Below, in pieces: positions 11,555-24,884 of a stretch of DNA of 46,140 nt; position 1 is the first letter of the stretch; each line of letters begins with the position of its first letter. The notes beneath the pieces are model-generated. The model made no database searches. It was not told where the DNA came from and saw only the letters and a list, made by a program, of their open reading frames with translations. The translations under genes were made by a program, and so were the position numbers. The stretch lies in assembly GCF_001194135.2 (NCBI RefSeq), contig NC_068983.1, positions 82,037,780 to 82,083,919 of the forward strand. The letters run 5' to 3'. Source of the stretch: Octopus bimaculoides. Lineage: Eukaryota.

Positions 11555-11720
11555 TGCAGGTGTGGCTGTGTGGTAAGAAGCCTTCTACACTCAACCACAT
11601 AGTTCTGGGTTCAGATCCACTGTGTGACACCTTAGGCATGTAACTTCTGCTATAACCTTGGGACGACCAAAGCCTTGTGAGTGGATTTGATAGATGGAAA
11701 CTTAAAGAAGCCCATTGTAT
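11555..11720 (+). mobile_element. tRNA-like SINE family A, 5' half
   Basis: gtgcaggtgtggctgtgtggtaagaag..gggttcagatccactg..ccaaagccttgtgagtggatttgatagatggaaact..aagaagccc; same as 23315-23470 and 35071-35195. A more decayed copy lies at ~11350-11500. Confidence 0.8.
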
Positions 11721-11759
11721 TACACACACAAATATATATTACAATAATAATAACAATAA

Positions 11760-13035
11760 TCCAAGGATAAAATTTATAAACATTTAATGCATCCCTATGC
11801 ACTTTCCACAAATCACATGACTTTTAAGATCACATTCCATATTCCTGTGATGATTACAATGTAGTCCATAGTGTCTTTGGGCATCTGGTTGATCATCATC
11901 ATTGATTCATTTCTTCAGGTGATATAACATGAGTAACATGAACCACAAAGGTCAAGTGAGATATGTAGGTATTTCAGTGTGTATTTGGTAGGAAGAAACA
12001 GAATGTGATGGGAATAGAGGAAGGAATGGTAGTTATATGGAGATGGAGTTGTGTGTAGTGGTGTTGGATTTATTTTGCTATTCATTCAGCAGGTGTTAGG
12101 GTGGGTAGTATATTCTTTTGTTTGGCTTCATTTAAGGCATGACTATTTTGGATAGATTCTGAACTCAACAGGTGGTCAAGTACTGCTGCTATACAGTGGG
12201 GTTTGTTGACTAAATTGATATGTTACTTTCTTGTGGTGACCTCTTCATTGTCTTTGTTGGTATAGTGTAAAACATCTCAAATATTAGCTGGTCTGTTTAT
12301 TTGTTTGGGTTCCTTTGCTTTCCTATAATGTGTTATTTCGTTTCAAAATTTTTTTCAAACTCCATGAATGATGTTTTTGTTCTTATGTTTACATATGATA
12401 TCATCATCTCAGAGTGCCTATTTATCGTGTTTTTCCTAGATGTGATTATTTCCAGGGCTTCTTCTAGGTATAGGTTGCATGCCCATAATGTTCTGTTATA
12501 TGGTGCAGTATCTTTTATAATGGACCGGTTGGTCATATGTTTCCCTCCATTCCATTTTAGTCTCCAAATGAGGTTTTATAGAGATGTGGAATGTCTTTTA
12601 TTTATATGCAAAAATGATGAGAGATGGTGTCTCAGACGATTTTTCATGGTGTCTCCAGTGCCACCAATGTACACGTATTCCTGTGTATCTGTCTTCACCT
12701 CACATTTGTACACTACATTCCTTATCATGCAATTGTTGTTAAATCTGCATTGGTCTTTACATCTGAAGTTACACATGATATTATTTTTTTCTTTTCTTTC
12801 TGTAGAGGTACTATTAGTGGTCGTCTTCTTCCTCCTGTAACTGTGCACACCTTTTCTTTATTCATGGATTCTACCTTTAATTGTGTGTTGTTGTTTGGGC
12901 TGGTTTTTGCTATTGATGGGATTTTATTTCCACCATTCTATCATTGTATACAGTGTTATTATCTGCATTTGGTTCCTATTTCCCCTCTAGTTTTATTCTA
13001 TTTAGTTTTGTATTATAAAGTTTGTGTATGTGGTA
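11760..13035 (-). mobile_element. Penelope-like element fragment: GIY-YIG endonuclease domain plus 3' region
   Basis: ORF 12576..12848 MCNFRCKDQCRFNNNCMIRNVVYKCEVKTDTQEYVYIGGTGDTMKNRLRHHLSSF (VVY..YIG motif); continues in 12333..12536 APYNRTLWACNLYLEEALEII..NRHSE, typical of a PLE C-terminus. Outer boundaries approximate. Confidence 0.8.
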
Positions 13036-13340
13036 CAGTGCTCCACAATTGGTATTCCATGGCACACTGGTGTGCCACGAGACGATGCTAGGTGTGCTGC
13101 AGTGTAACATGAATATAAATTTTTCCCTATCCTTTTAGTTATATTTTTAGTTCAGGTGTACTGCTGAATTTTGAAAAGAATACAAGTGTACGGCAAGTGA
13201 ATTTACACAAGTTAATGTGAGAAAAACAAAATAAGAATTATGAAAGAAGTTTTTAAACATCGAATGACTATGAAGGTCCACCAGAATAAAATAGCAATGA
13301 AAGGGATTCCATAGATTAAAAAAATGGTTGAGAACCCCTG
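13036..13340. mobile_element. hAT-like MITE remnant
   Basis: Imperfect TIRs cagtgctccacaa / ttgagaacccctg with subterminal ggcacactggtgtgccacg; no matching 8-bp TSD. Confidence 0.5.
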
Positions 13341-14862
13341 ATTTAAACCAATGATGAAGATGATGAAGACACTGAATCTTCTATTGTTTAATGAATTTTA
13401 AAATTTTCATACATTTGGCCAAACATATGGCAGAGATGTTTTTAAAACTTCCTGACCATCTGTATGTCAAGAAGTAAATGCTGGTAATCAATTCATCAGG
13501 TTGAATTTGAATGCAGTCTAAAGAAGCAATCTGCAACACTTGATTACTTACAATGGTTATACTTCAGATTAGCATCAAGTACAAAACCAAAACTCTATAG
13601 ATGTAGAATTATTCTGTCTTCCAGTTTCATTAATAGTTTGTTTCTATTTTGGGGTGTTGCTCTTTTTTTCCTCAATTTATTTCTGATTCTGTATTCTTTT
13701 TATTTTGCTTTAACTTTTTTCTGTTCTTTTTTTCTTTGTCAACTATCTAAAATATGAATATTTGGAAAACACCGATAAACAAATGATATAAAATCAAATA
13801 ATTAAGAGAATTTTTTGATATTCCGAAAAATTTGTTTCATTTAAACATAGAATGCTTGCAGGTCATTTGTGGATATTCAAAAAACAAAAAGAAAAACACT
13901 ATGTTTATTGTTTATTCATCTACTAGTAGTAGCCTTACCTTGCCATCTTACTATTTGTTGTTTTATTTTTCTCCCAATTATATTATGAAATATTCAAATT
14001 TAATAAGTTGTAAATCAATAGTCTTTGTAGCTTTCATAAGTTTTTGTGTAATGTTTTTACTTTATATTTATTATTCATATATTTAATATTTTGACAGAAA
14101 TAATTCTTGCCTTAAGATAAATTGTTTTCAAAATTCATAATCATTAACCATTTTGAAATTTATATGTTTTTCTGATTTTCTAACAAATTAACTAGGGCAG
14201 GGGGTCAATATAAAATCATCATCACCAATTATTATTATTATTATTATCATCATCATCATTATTATTATTATTTTTATGATCATCATCATTATTATTGTTT
14301 TCATTATTATTATCATCATCATCAACATAGATTAAACAGTATCTAATCTCTGTATGGAATTAGATACAAGCAAATTATTACTTTGCTCTTGTTTTTATTC
14401 CCAATTACAACAAATCTCTACTTAAATCGTTATTGAACAAGTTTTGTTTTGTTAAGACAGAAAAAGCAATAAGAAAGGGGAAAAAAAATCTGGAATTTTT
14501 TGCTATATTTTTGTATATATTTCCTCAATTAAATATTGTATTTGAAGAAATCTTTAATTTCTCTGTTATTGAAATGTAAAATGATCATTTAATTTTAAAT
14601 GTAATATATACTTTGTATAATTCTAATTAAATATTTCATTCAAACATTCTATATTATACATACATAATGCATACATACATACATACATACATACATACAT
14701 ACACACATATATATATATAAACATAGAAAAATATATATGAAATAATGATGAGGTCACACACACATATTTATACATATATACATATGTATGCATAGATGTG
14801 TATATGGACACATATCTATCAACCTATATATATAAATACACACAAACACATATACATGTGCA

Positions 14863-14904
<42 letters not shown>

Positions 14905-15460
14905 AACACACACAAAAACACATGCACACACACATACATACACATATGCATGTTTATATGCTTATTTTCCCCAGAAGTATATATGCTTGTATATAAATAT
15001 AGACACATGGACACACACATATAAATATAACATAAATATATATCAATATGCTAACAAATAATATTGCTTACAATATGATCACAACAATAGCTTTCCAAGA
15101 GCTATACTAAAAGCTTTAGAATCATGTTTCTTTTATTAGTGAGAGAAAGAGGCTGGACTTCAAGAGACAAGAAGTACTGCCTTACTGTAATACATTCAGG
15201 AAATTACAAGAACTCAGGGAATGGACATTGATGATAATTCCAGTCCATCTTTGCCAAAATTGCTAATATAAAAATACTGGCATAACTATTATGGCCAGCC
15301 AGAATAAAGTGATTTCAAGTAAAAGGAAATGAAAGCAATAAATTCCATTAAAAAGACATAAACATAAAGATATTTTTGCAACGATTGTTTGGAAGTTATG
15401 CATGTTTGGTTTTCTTAATTGATTTGTTGATTTTTCTCCGATTGACAGGGTGGGGCTGAA

Positions 15461-15517
<57 letters not shown>

Positions 15518-15740
15518 NNNNNNNNNNGTACTGATGTATTTTTCATTATTTTTTACTTGATTTCACTTGATATATATATATATATATATATATATGTTAT
15601 GTTATATTATGAAGCCACTCCTGTCACTGATATATATGTATATATGTATATATACATATATGCATACACACATGTATATGTATGTGTATATATGTTTATA
15701 TTTACGTATGTACATATACATACATGCGAGTGTGTGTATG

Positions 15741-15826
<86 letters not shown>

Positions 15827-16168
15827 CGTACATATATACACATATTAGATGCATATAATTTTTCTTTAACTTTTCTTCCTTTTTTTGTATGCTTTGGTCA
15901 GATTCTCCTCTGAATATTGTATATGAGAATTGCATACCAATTTGGCAATGATTCATATCAAATTCATTGAAGCTAAAAGGCTTTATTGCAAAACACATAA
16001 AGAATCACATATAAAAACTCAAGAACACACACAAAGAAAAAAACACAGAATAGAAACAAAGCGAAGAAAAAATATTTTCCCAAAATATTATAGTAACAAT
16101 GGACAAAACAAAAAAAGCAAGTTAAAATATTGAATAAAATTGAAAGAAAATGATGGGAACCATTTTAG

Positions 16169-16213
16169 GGTTATAAAATCTCAGAATATATGGCATGTGT
16201 TACGATTCTAGGG
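16169..16213 (+). CDS. Possible 45-nt symmetric exon (GYKISEYMACVTILG)
   Basis: cattttAG acceptor (short pyrimidine tract), GGG|GTAAGA donor, single open frame. Confidence 0.15.
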
Positions 16214-16695
16214 GTAAGATTCATCAAAAACCTAAATGAGATATGTGATTCTTGTATTAAGAAGCTGTTAAATATATAAGAGAAAGATTTAAGGAACTCT
16301 TTTGTTAAACATATTTGATATCAATTTCTTCTTACCCATACCATTAACCTTTTTTGAACTATCCTCATTATCATTTCTAGAATTGTATTACTTTATGAAT
16401 ATATGCATTGTATGTATATATGTATATATATATGTATGTATATATGTATATATNNNNNNNNNNNNNNNNNNNNNNNNNNNNNNNNNNNNNNNNNNNNNNN
16501 NNNNNNNNNNNNNNNNNNNNNNNNNNNNNNNNNNNNNNNNNNNNNNNNNNNNNNNNNNNNNNNNNNNNNNNNNNNNNNNNNNNNNNNNNNNNNNNNNNNN
16601 NNNNNNNNNNNNNNNNNNNNNNNNNNNNNNNNNNNNNNNNNNNNNNNNNNNNNNNNNNNNNNNNNNNNNNNNNNNNNNNNNNNNNNNNNNNNNNN

Positions 16696-16737
<42 letters not shown>

Positions 16738-16763
16738 GCATGCATAAATACATATATATATTA

Positions 16764-18446
16764 TATCATCATCATCATCATCATCATCGTTTAACGTCTG
16801 CTTTCCATACTGGCATGGGTTGGATGATTTGACTGGGGACTGGCAAGACAAGAGGCCACACCAGGCTCCAATCTGATTTGGTAATGTTTCTACAGCTGGA
16901 TGCTCTTCCTAATCCCAACCACTCCGAGAGTGTATTAGGTGCTTTTTACATGTCACCGGCACGGGAGCCAGTCAGGTGGCACTGGCATTGACCACGTTTG
17001 GATGGTGCTTTTTACATGCCACTGACGCAGGAGCCAGCCGGGGCAGAGGAGCTGGCATTGGCCACATTCGGATGGTGCTTTTCACATGTCACTGGCATGG
17101 GGAGCCACACAGGTGGCACTGGTAATGACCTACACGTGAATGGTGCTTATTGCGTGCCACCAGCATGGGAGCCAGTCAGGCGGCACTGGCATCAGCCACA
17201 ACTACAATTTCCACTTGATTGTGATTTGATTCTATTTTGATTTTGATTTACTTGACTCAATAGATCACCTCAAGCAAGGCATTTCGCTCGACGATCCAAA
17301 GGTACTTTTTAAGTAGGCTGGTTATGTGACACTGGTGTAGGCTACAGCTGTGATCTCACTTTACTTGCTGGGTCTTCTCCATCACAACATATCTCCAGAG
17401 GTCTCAGTCTTTCGCCATTGCCTTTGTGAGGCCCAACGTTCAAAGGTCATGCTTCATCCCTTCATCTAATGTCTTCCTGGGTCTCTCTCTTCCATGGGTT
17501 CCTTCCACTGTTAGGGTGTGACACTTCTTCACACAGCTCTCCTCACCCATACACAACACATGACCATACTAGCGCAGTTGTCTCTCTTGCATACCACATC
17601 TGATGCTTCTTATGTCCAACACTTCTCTCAGGGTGCTTACACTCTGTCGAGTGTGCACACTGACATTACACATCCAGCAGATCATGCTAGCTTCATTTCT
17701 TTCGAGCTTACAAATGTCTTCAGCAGCCATGGCCCATGTTTCACTGCCGTGTAGCATGGCAGTTCACAAACATGCATCATACAATCTACCTTTCACTCTG
17801 AGCGAGAGGCCTTTTGTCACCAGTAGGGGTAGGAAGTTTCTGAACTTTGCCCAGGCAATTCTTATTCTAGTGGCAACGCTCTCCAAGCATTCACCCACAC
17901 AGCAGACTTGGTCACCTGGGTAGTGGAAACTATCAAGTATTTTTAGTTTCTTTCATGGCATGTGATGGAATCAGTTTTCTGAACATCTGCTGTGTTTACT
18001 GCTCCTGTGTATCAGCTGCACATGAAGGCTATCTTCCTGGTTAACCTTCTTTTGATGTTGCTACATCTCCTATGTGTCCATAGCTTACATTAGGTACATC
18101 TTATGGAGTTTCTACCTACACCTTTTCTACAGATCGAGCAGGGCCACCTATCTGATGGGGTTTGTGATGTGTTCGCCTTCCTGCTTACTAGGACTTTGGT
18201 TTTTTGCAACATTGACTCTAAGGCCCTTTAATTCTAAACCTTGCTTCCACACCTGAAATTTCTTCTCTAGTTCTGGTAGTGATGAGAAAGGTCATCAGCA
18301 TAGAGGAGCTCCCAGGGGTAACCTGTCTTGAATTCCTCTGTTATTGCCTGGAGGACTATGATGAATAAGAGGGGGCTGAGGACTGATCCATGGTGGACCC
18401 CTACTTCTACTCGGAATTCTTCACTATACTCATTGCCAACACTTAC
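16764..18446 (-). mobile_element. Decayed RTE-clade LINE with complete 3' UTR and (GAT)n tail, 5'-truncated within RT
   Basis: ORFs 18267..18500 (VGVHHGSVLSPLLFIIVLQAITEEFKTGYPWELLYADDL) and 17569..17757 (MLHGSETWAMAAEDICKLERNE); 3' end gacgttaaacgatgatgatg on the minus strand. Confidence 0.9.
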
Positions 18447-18531
18447 CTCTCTCTCTCTATATATATATATAGAGAGAGAGAGAGAGCATGATTTATTCAT
18501 GATCAGAGTTATTTGAAAACCGAGGTACTAC

Positions 18532-18562
<31 letters not shown>

Positions 18563-18836
18563 CTGGATGTCGTAAATATTTATATTTATAATGAATGCTT
18601 ATGTTTCTAAGCATATACATGTGCATATCTATGCATATATAAAATTATACTTTTTAACATTTTTATCAGATTTTATATTTGAAATTTATATTTATTTTAA
18701 ATATAACTGTATGTGAATATGTAAATATATTTATATATGTATTTATATACCCATCTGTGTGTGTGTGTGTGTATACATATACATATATATTTCTATATAA
18801 AAATATATATACATATGTATGTATGTATGTATGTAT

Positions 18837-18875
<39 letters not shown>

Positions 18876-19344
18876 CATACACATGCATAAATATGGCCAT
18901 TAATTCACAAAGACATCTCATAATAGACAGAGCTTGGATGGCCGATTCGGAGTCTAGCTGAAAAGGGACACTAAGAAAATAGTAAAGGAACAGTTGCAAG
19001 CAATGGACAAAGAAAGGTAAAGAAAACAGCCGATGCTCATTGTTATCTAGATAAACAAATATATGGATATATTGAAAAAAATCCTTAATAAATGTAGGAA
19101 GCTGCATGAAAGAAATGATGAAACAATGATGAAGTATATTTTTCCTATACACACATATGTAAGTACATATGTATACCTAAATATATGTGTGGGTACATAT
19201 ACATACATGCACTAACACAAACACATGCATATACATTCATATGTTTATATATTATATATATATACGTATTAGATCATATCTAAAAATATATATTTAAATA
19301 CACATGTACACATATGTAAATATGTATATATATATATGTATGTT

Positions 19345-19392
<48 letters not shown>

Positions 19393-19489
19393 NNNNNNNN
19401 NNTGTGTGTGTATGGTATGTGTGCGTCTGTATGTGTATATATATAAATACAAACAACACATAGACACTTGAAAATAAACACATAAATGT

Positions 19490-19520
<31 letters not shown>

Positions 19521-19918
19521 TACACATACACATGCACACTCATATATATGTACAGGCATATACAGCATGTAGCCTTGTAGAAGGCTGGTTGACTATGTTG
19601 CTAATGTAGACTATGTTCAATGAGACAAAAGAGACTAGAAAAGAGAAAAAATTGTATTATGAAATGATGTGTTGCCAAATAGTTTTTTTGTCAAATGGAT
19701 GAGGGTGAGCAAAGATAGTTTCAAATGGACGAGTCTAGTGAATGGGAACAGAGTCCTTGATTTCAAGGCCATCTCAGGCACCACACCATCCAGACACTAC
19801 ATTACCCCGGCAGGATATATTACGGTCATTGCCATAAAGTTATGAAAATGAAAACAAGAAAAATAAATAGTATAATATCCAGCTACGATATATAATAAAC
19901 AATAAATGTAAAGGCATG

Positions 19919-19972
<54 letters not shown>

Positions 19973-20431
19973 NNNNNNNNNNNNNNNNNNNNNNNNNNNN
20001 NNNNNNNNNNNNNNNNNNNNNNNNNNNNNNNNNNNNNNNNNNNNNNNNNNNNNNNNNNNNNNNNNNNNNNNNNNNNNNNNNNNNNNNNNNNNNNNNNNNN
20101 NNNNNNNNNNNNNNNNNNNNNNNNNNNNNNNNNNNNNNNNNNNNNNNNNNNNNNNNNNNNNNNNNNNNNNNNNNNNNNNNNNNNNNNNNNNNNNNNNNNN
20201 NNNNNNNNNNNNNNNNNNNNNNNNNNNNNNNNNNNNNNNNNNNNNNNNNNNNNNNNNNNNNNNNNNNNNNNNNNNNNNNNNNNNNNNNNNNNNNNNNNNN
20301 NNNNNNNNNNNNNNNNNNNNNNNNNNNNNNNNNNNNNNNNNNNNNNNNNNNNNNNNNNNTATATATATAAATAAATTACGTTATAGTATGCATGTATCTA
20401 TTACTTTTTCTCTCTCTGTATTGTTATATTT

Positions 20432-20476
<45 letters not shown>

Positions 20477-20875
20477 TACGCACACACACACACACACATA
20501 TGTGTATACAGGAGTATCTAGAGTGCAGCACGAAAAGCCACAGTATAAGCATCCATTGGTGTGGCACAAGTGCAGGTCGGCAGGTTGTAATGGCATCTTT
20601 ATAAGGTTAATCTTTTATTGTCCTTTGTCGTTTCAATTCCCACTAGCGTTATGGCTAAGATCAATATCAGTTACTAAACATTGAATCAGTGCACACCACG
20701 AGTTTGGCAGTTGAAATGCTTTTCAAGAATGGTAAATTTAGAGGCTTTTTTTGCAGCACCATTTATGTATGTATTACATGTGGAAATTTGAATTAGTATT
20801 TATATGTTTCTTTTTTAACATATCCTCCTCCTCCTCCTCCTCCTCCTCCTCCAGTGTTAGAAGCTGTGCAAAGGC

Positions 20876-20912
<37 letters not shown>

Positions 20913-20920
20913 TTAATAAC

Positions 20921-21062
20921 ATAAAAAAGTACCTTAGGAATGAGAACCCAGGTTTGAAATTTCCCCAGTACACCTGATGAAGGCTGGAGGGTATATCAGT
21001 CAAATGGCTGTGTTAACAACAAACAAGATGAGGACAAATATCCGTCAAATGTAAATAATACA
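20921..21062 (+). mobile_element. Short repeat carrying a degenerate minimal type-I hammerhead ribozyme motif (Penelope-terminal-repeat-like)
   Basis: acac-CTGATGA(20974-20980)-a-ggctg[gagggtatat]cagtc-aaatggct-gtgtt: stems I and II pair but the GAAA core is damaged. Preceded by (TAA)n 20877-20920. Confidence 0.55.
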
Positions 21063-21129
21063 AGATATTCTATTTTTAAAATTTCTTGGCAATGATGGAC
21101 AATTTAGCTAGTATATATATATTACTTAT

Positions 21130-21287
21130 TTAATCAACCCTGAAAGGATGATAGGCAAAGTTTACCTCAGTGGAATTTGAACTCTGAATGTAACAGCAGA
21201 CGAAATACCACTAAGCATTTCACCCAGCATGCTAACGATTCTGCCAGCTCACCACCCTTAGTATATATATATATATATATATATATA

Positions 21288-21340
<53 letters not shown>

Positions 21341-21880
21341 TTATGCATGTGTGTCATTGTGTCAATGGAGGCTGGTGTGTTTATGTCCCTGTAACTTAGC
21401 AGTTTGGCAAAATAGACCAACAAAATATGTACTTGGCTTAGAAAAAATTAGTCCTGGGGTGATTTCTTTGACTAAAACCCTTTAGGGTGGTGCTCCAGCA
21501 AGGCCGCAGTCAAATGACTGAAACAAGTAGAAGAATAAAAGAATATTATGCATAATAGATTATGTTGTATTAGGTTTGGTACAATATTTGAAATCCCAGA
21601 AATAAAATTGACATTAACTACAATAATTAAAACATTATTTGCTACTAAGATCTCAAATGTGAAATAATTCTTTTCTACTCTAGGCACAAGGCCCGAAAAT
21701 TTTGGGCAGAGGGCTAGTCAATTAGATCGATGCCAGTATGCAACTGGTACTTAATTTATCAACTCTGGAAGGATGAAAGGCAAAGTTGACCTCAGCAGAA
21801 TTTGAACTCAGAACGTAAAGACAGATGAAATACCGCTAAGCATTTCCCCCAGCATGCTAATGTTTCTGCTAGCTTTCTAC
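21130..21880. mobile_element. Cluster: SINE B fragment (-, 21130-21260), microsatellite plus SINE A 3' half (+, 21355-21540), near-complete SINE B (-, 21668-21880)
   Basis: Shared motifs gaatttgaactc/gctaacgattctgccagctc (family B) and gtaacttagc..gtcctgggg..ctccagca.ggccgcagtcaaatgactgaaacaagt (family A tail). Confidence 0.8.
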
Positions 21881-21998
21881 CTTTCAAATATCAAATAATC
21901 AACGTTATCTCTATATGGCAACTTGATTTACTAAAAATAGAAGACAAATATCTTTTAAATCTCAAGCAAGTATCTTAAAAAGCAGAACACATTGGGCA

Positions 21999-22257
21999 AT
22001 GTGGTGTTTGGATGCCCTACATATTGCTAAAAAAAAAAGACAAATACAAAAAGCAAAAAGGCACAGGATGGTCATGGCTAGAATGTCTTTGTATCCTTGT
22101 TGTCATCGTTGTCGTCATCATCATCATCACCAAAACTACTATCACTACTATCTCCAGTACCACTATCAACAAGAACTACTACATCAACACCAACACCATC
22201 ATCAACACTAATGCCGCCAATGCAGTCGTCATCATTGTTGTCATTGTCACCACCACC

Positions 22258-22289
<32 letters not shown>

Positions 22290-22320
22290 TATCATCGTCA
22301 TCATCTCATCTTTGTCAGTT
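21999..22320. repeat. Degenerate (CAT)/(CAC) trinucleotide low-complexity tract
   Basis: Directly visible; source of poly-H/T/S/P ORFs. Confidence 0.85.
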
Positions 22321-22939
22321 TACTATGAGTCTCCTCCCTCCCACCTATAACCAAAAGAAAGACTTTTGCTACCAGAATCTGATATGGAGAAACTATTTCC
22401 AAGATAACAAAATAATAGTTATATTTACCCACAAAAAATAAATTAATTAATAAATAAAAAGAAAAAAGCCAAAAAACGAAATCCTCTCCATCTGGAAAAA
22501 TATATCTATGATAATGATAATCACTGTGGTGGTAGTAGCAGGAATGTTTATACTGAAAGTCGTGGGTGGATGGGGGGGGGGAACAAGGAATAAATCTTGG
22601 GAAGTTAAGCAGGAGTGATGCCATTGTTTGTTTTTGTTTAGTTATTTTGATCTTTCTTGAACAGGAGCCCCACCTTCTCTTAATTCCTTTAATCCTCTTC
22701 AAATGCCACACCCTATATTCAATTGGGTTTTTTTTTTGTTGTTTTCTGTTTTTGTTTTTGGAAACTACTTAGAATATTCTTTGACTGCTGTCACAATATT
22801 AGAGGGATTAATTATGGTGCCAGCCAGCAACAACAACTAAAATAACACTTAATAATAACAGCACCAACAAGGATGGGAGGGGTCTCTATGAGGTTGCTTG
22901 AAATGCTAGATATAGCAACCAGTTTAAAATTTTCCTTCA

Positions 22940-23255
22940 TCATGAATTATCATGGGATTGTACCTAGAAAGTTCCCCTCCGAGGCACAAGTCCAGTCAAG
23001 GTTGTTTACTGAAGACCAGCAGTCATCCATGCATACGAGTCTCCCCTCTCCATGCCACCAATGTTATCCAAGGGAAAGGCAAAAACTGATACAGCTTGGC
23101 ACCAGTGATGTTGCAACTCATTCCTACAGCTGAGTGAACTGGAGCAATGTGAAATAAAGTTCTTGTTCAAGGACACAACACACAGCCCAGTCCAGGAACT
23201 GAACTCTCTACCTCATGATTGTGAGCCCAACATTCTAATGACTGAGCCAATGCAC
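22940..23255 (-). mobile_element. tRNA-like SINE family C (central domain resembles Meta/V-type core)
   Basis: Minus strand ggtgcattggctcagtcattagaatgttgggctcacaatcatgaggtagagagttcagttcc..gtgtccttgaacaag..cactcagctgtaggaatgagt; other copies at 37075-37410 (+), 29000-29170, 31400-31520 and 42020-42365 (-). Confidence 0.75.
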
Positions 23256-23314
23256 CTTAACACTCTGCTATTTTTTCAATGTAAAATATCTAATATACAA
23301 TGAAATAATCTTGT

Positions 23315-23470
23315 CCTGGCTGTGTGGTAAGAGGTTTTCTTCCCAACCAAATGGTTCCTGGTTTATTCCACTTGTGTAGCACTTTGGACAAGTGTATTCT
23401 ACTATATCTCCAGACTGACCAAAGTTTTCCGAGTGGATTTGGTAGATGGAAACTGAAAGAAGTCTATTGA
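23315..23470 (+). mobile_element. SINE family A, 5' half
   Basis: tggctgtgtggtaagagg..cccaaccaaatggttcctgg..gagtggatttggtagatggaaactgaaagaag. Confidence 0.75.
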
Positions 23471-23679
23471 ATATATCCATAATGAATTAGCCCCTAGCAT
23501 GTGTTTAAAAAGTTGAAGCAAGAAAGCGCTTACTCACAGCATAAAAAATCCTTTCCATGAAAAGTCCTTTCCAAAAGATTTGTGGCATTCTGTTTCTCAA
23601 AAACAATTTTTATATAAGTTTTCAGAAAACCTGATTTTTTAAAAATATTGTGACTATATTAAGTATCTTTTTCAAAAAC

Positions 23680-24082
23680 TTTCACTCAAGGGTATCATTC
23701 CCAGCACAAAGATCATTGAGGACACACTGTTCCCCTGGAAGAGACCCCTCTTGATTTTCACCTCTCCTAATAACTGATCCCCTGCTGCCAATTCTGTTCT
23801 CCAGCATTTCAAACAGTTTCATATAGGGCTTCACATGTTTTCTATTACACCATACATTTCCATTGTTCTTGTTATTCAGGAGTGAGGTATCATATCATAT
23901 GCTTTATGATAGTCAATCCATGCAATGCTCAGGTTTGTTTGTCTTTTCTTGCAGTTCATGACAATTAGATTGTCAATTAACAGCTGATCTTTCATTCCCT
24001 GGCTCCTCTTTCGACATCCTTTCTGTTCAATAGGTAACAACCCACATTTTTCTAAGTATCTATACAGTTCACCAGTCAAAGC
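23680..24082 (-). mobile_element. R4/Dong-like RT fragment
   Basis: ORF 23876..24253 core: [67 protein letters not shown], then decayed ..WRTEL.. sequence; 5' end abuts (CAT)/(ATT)n 24082-24130. Confidence 0.85.
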
Positions 24083-24089
24083 ATCATCA

Positions 24090-24132
<43 letters not shown>

Positions 24133-24884
24133 GGCAGTGAGCTGGTAGCATTGTTAGCACACCCCAGACAAAATACTTTCTATAATGGTCCAATGCCGTA
24201 ATAAAATCTTCACCGACCAATGACCTGATATATATATTTAAAATAGAATCCATACTTTTAAATTTCTGATTTCTTAAAATAACATGACACCGAAAACAAA
24301 ATCAGAACAATAAATAAAAAGATAAATAAATAAATAAATATGTACATAAATAAATAAATCAATAAATAAACAACTAAACAAATAAATATATAAAAGACAC
24401 AGGAGTGCCATTGCTAGAAAGAATACTGATCAAATACTTCTTTGATCAGCTAACTCTATCACAGCACAGAACTGAATTAGAAACCTTAACAACAATAACA
24501 CTCCTACTTGTTCTAAACATTATATCCTTGATGTGAAATCTTGTTTCAATCATGAACACATGTTTTGAATTCTAAGTTGCAGGATGTAAAAAACCTGTTT
24601 AGATTTGAATTTCAACATAACAGATGTAAGAAATTACCAATTTGTCTAGCATTGTGTAACTGCACCCGGATTTCTTTGAGAAGTAATTGAACTGAGTGGA
24701 TAATGGACACCAGTAACAGTCCTTTTGGCAACTCCAATATTTCTGATACAAAATGAAGCAAGTTATAATAACATGAGCCAAAAAGAGGTCACTACAAGGC
24801 TACAAGAAATAGTGACCAAATCTTCCTCAGAATCACAACTGCACCTCTTAAAAGTCAGATACATTTCTGTCTTGTATTTATGAT

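Noticed and set aside
16935-17190. CRISPR-like repeat array
   Set aside because: Contiguous degenerate tandem units without unique spacers, inside a eukaryotic LINE UTR.
18958-19016. LKRDTKKIVKEQLQAMDKE with a strong donor
   Set aside because: No pyrimidine tract at the only in-frame acceptor.
20510-20605. EYLECSTKS resembling the Rho GTPase YLECSAK motif
   Set aside because: Flanking residues do not fit and the frame closes shortly after.
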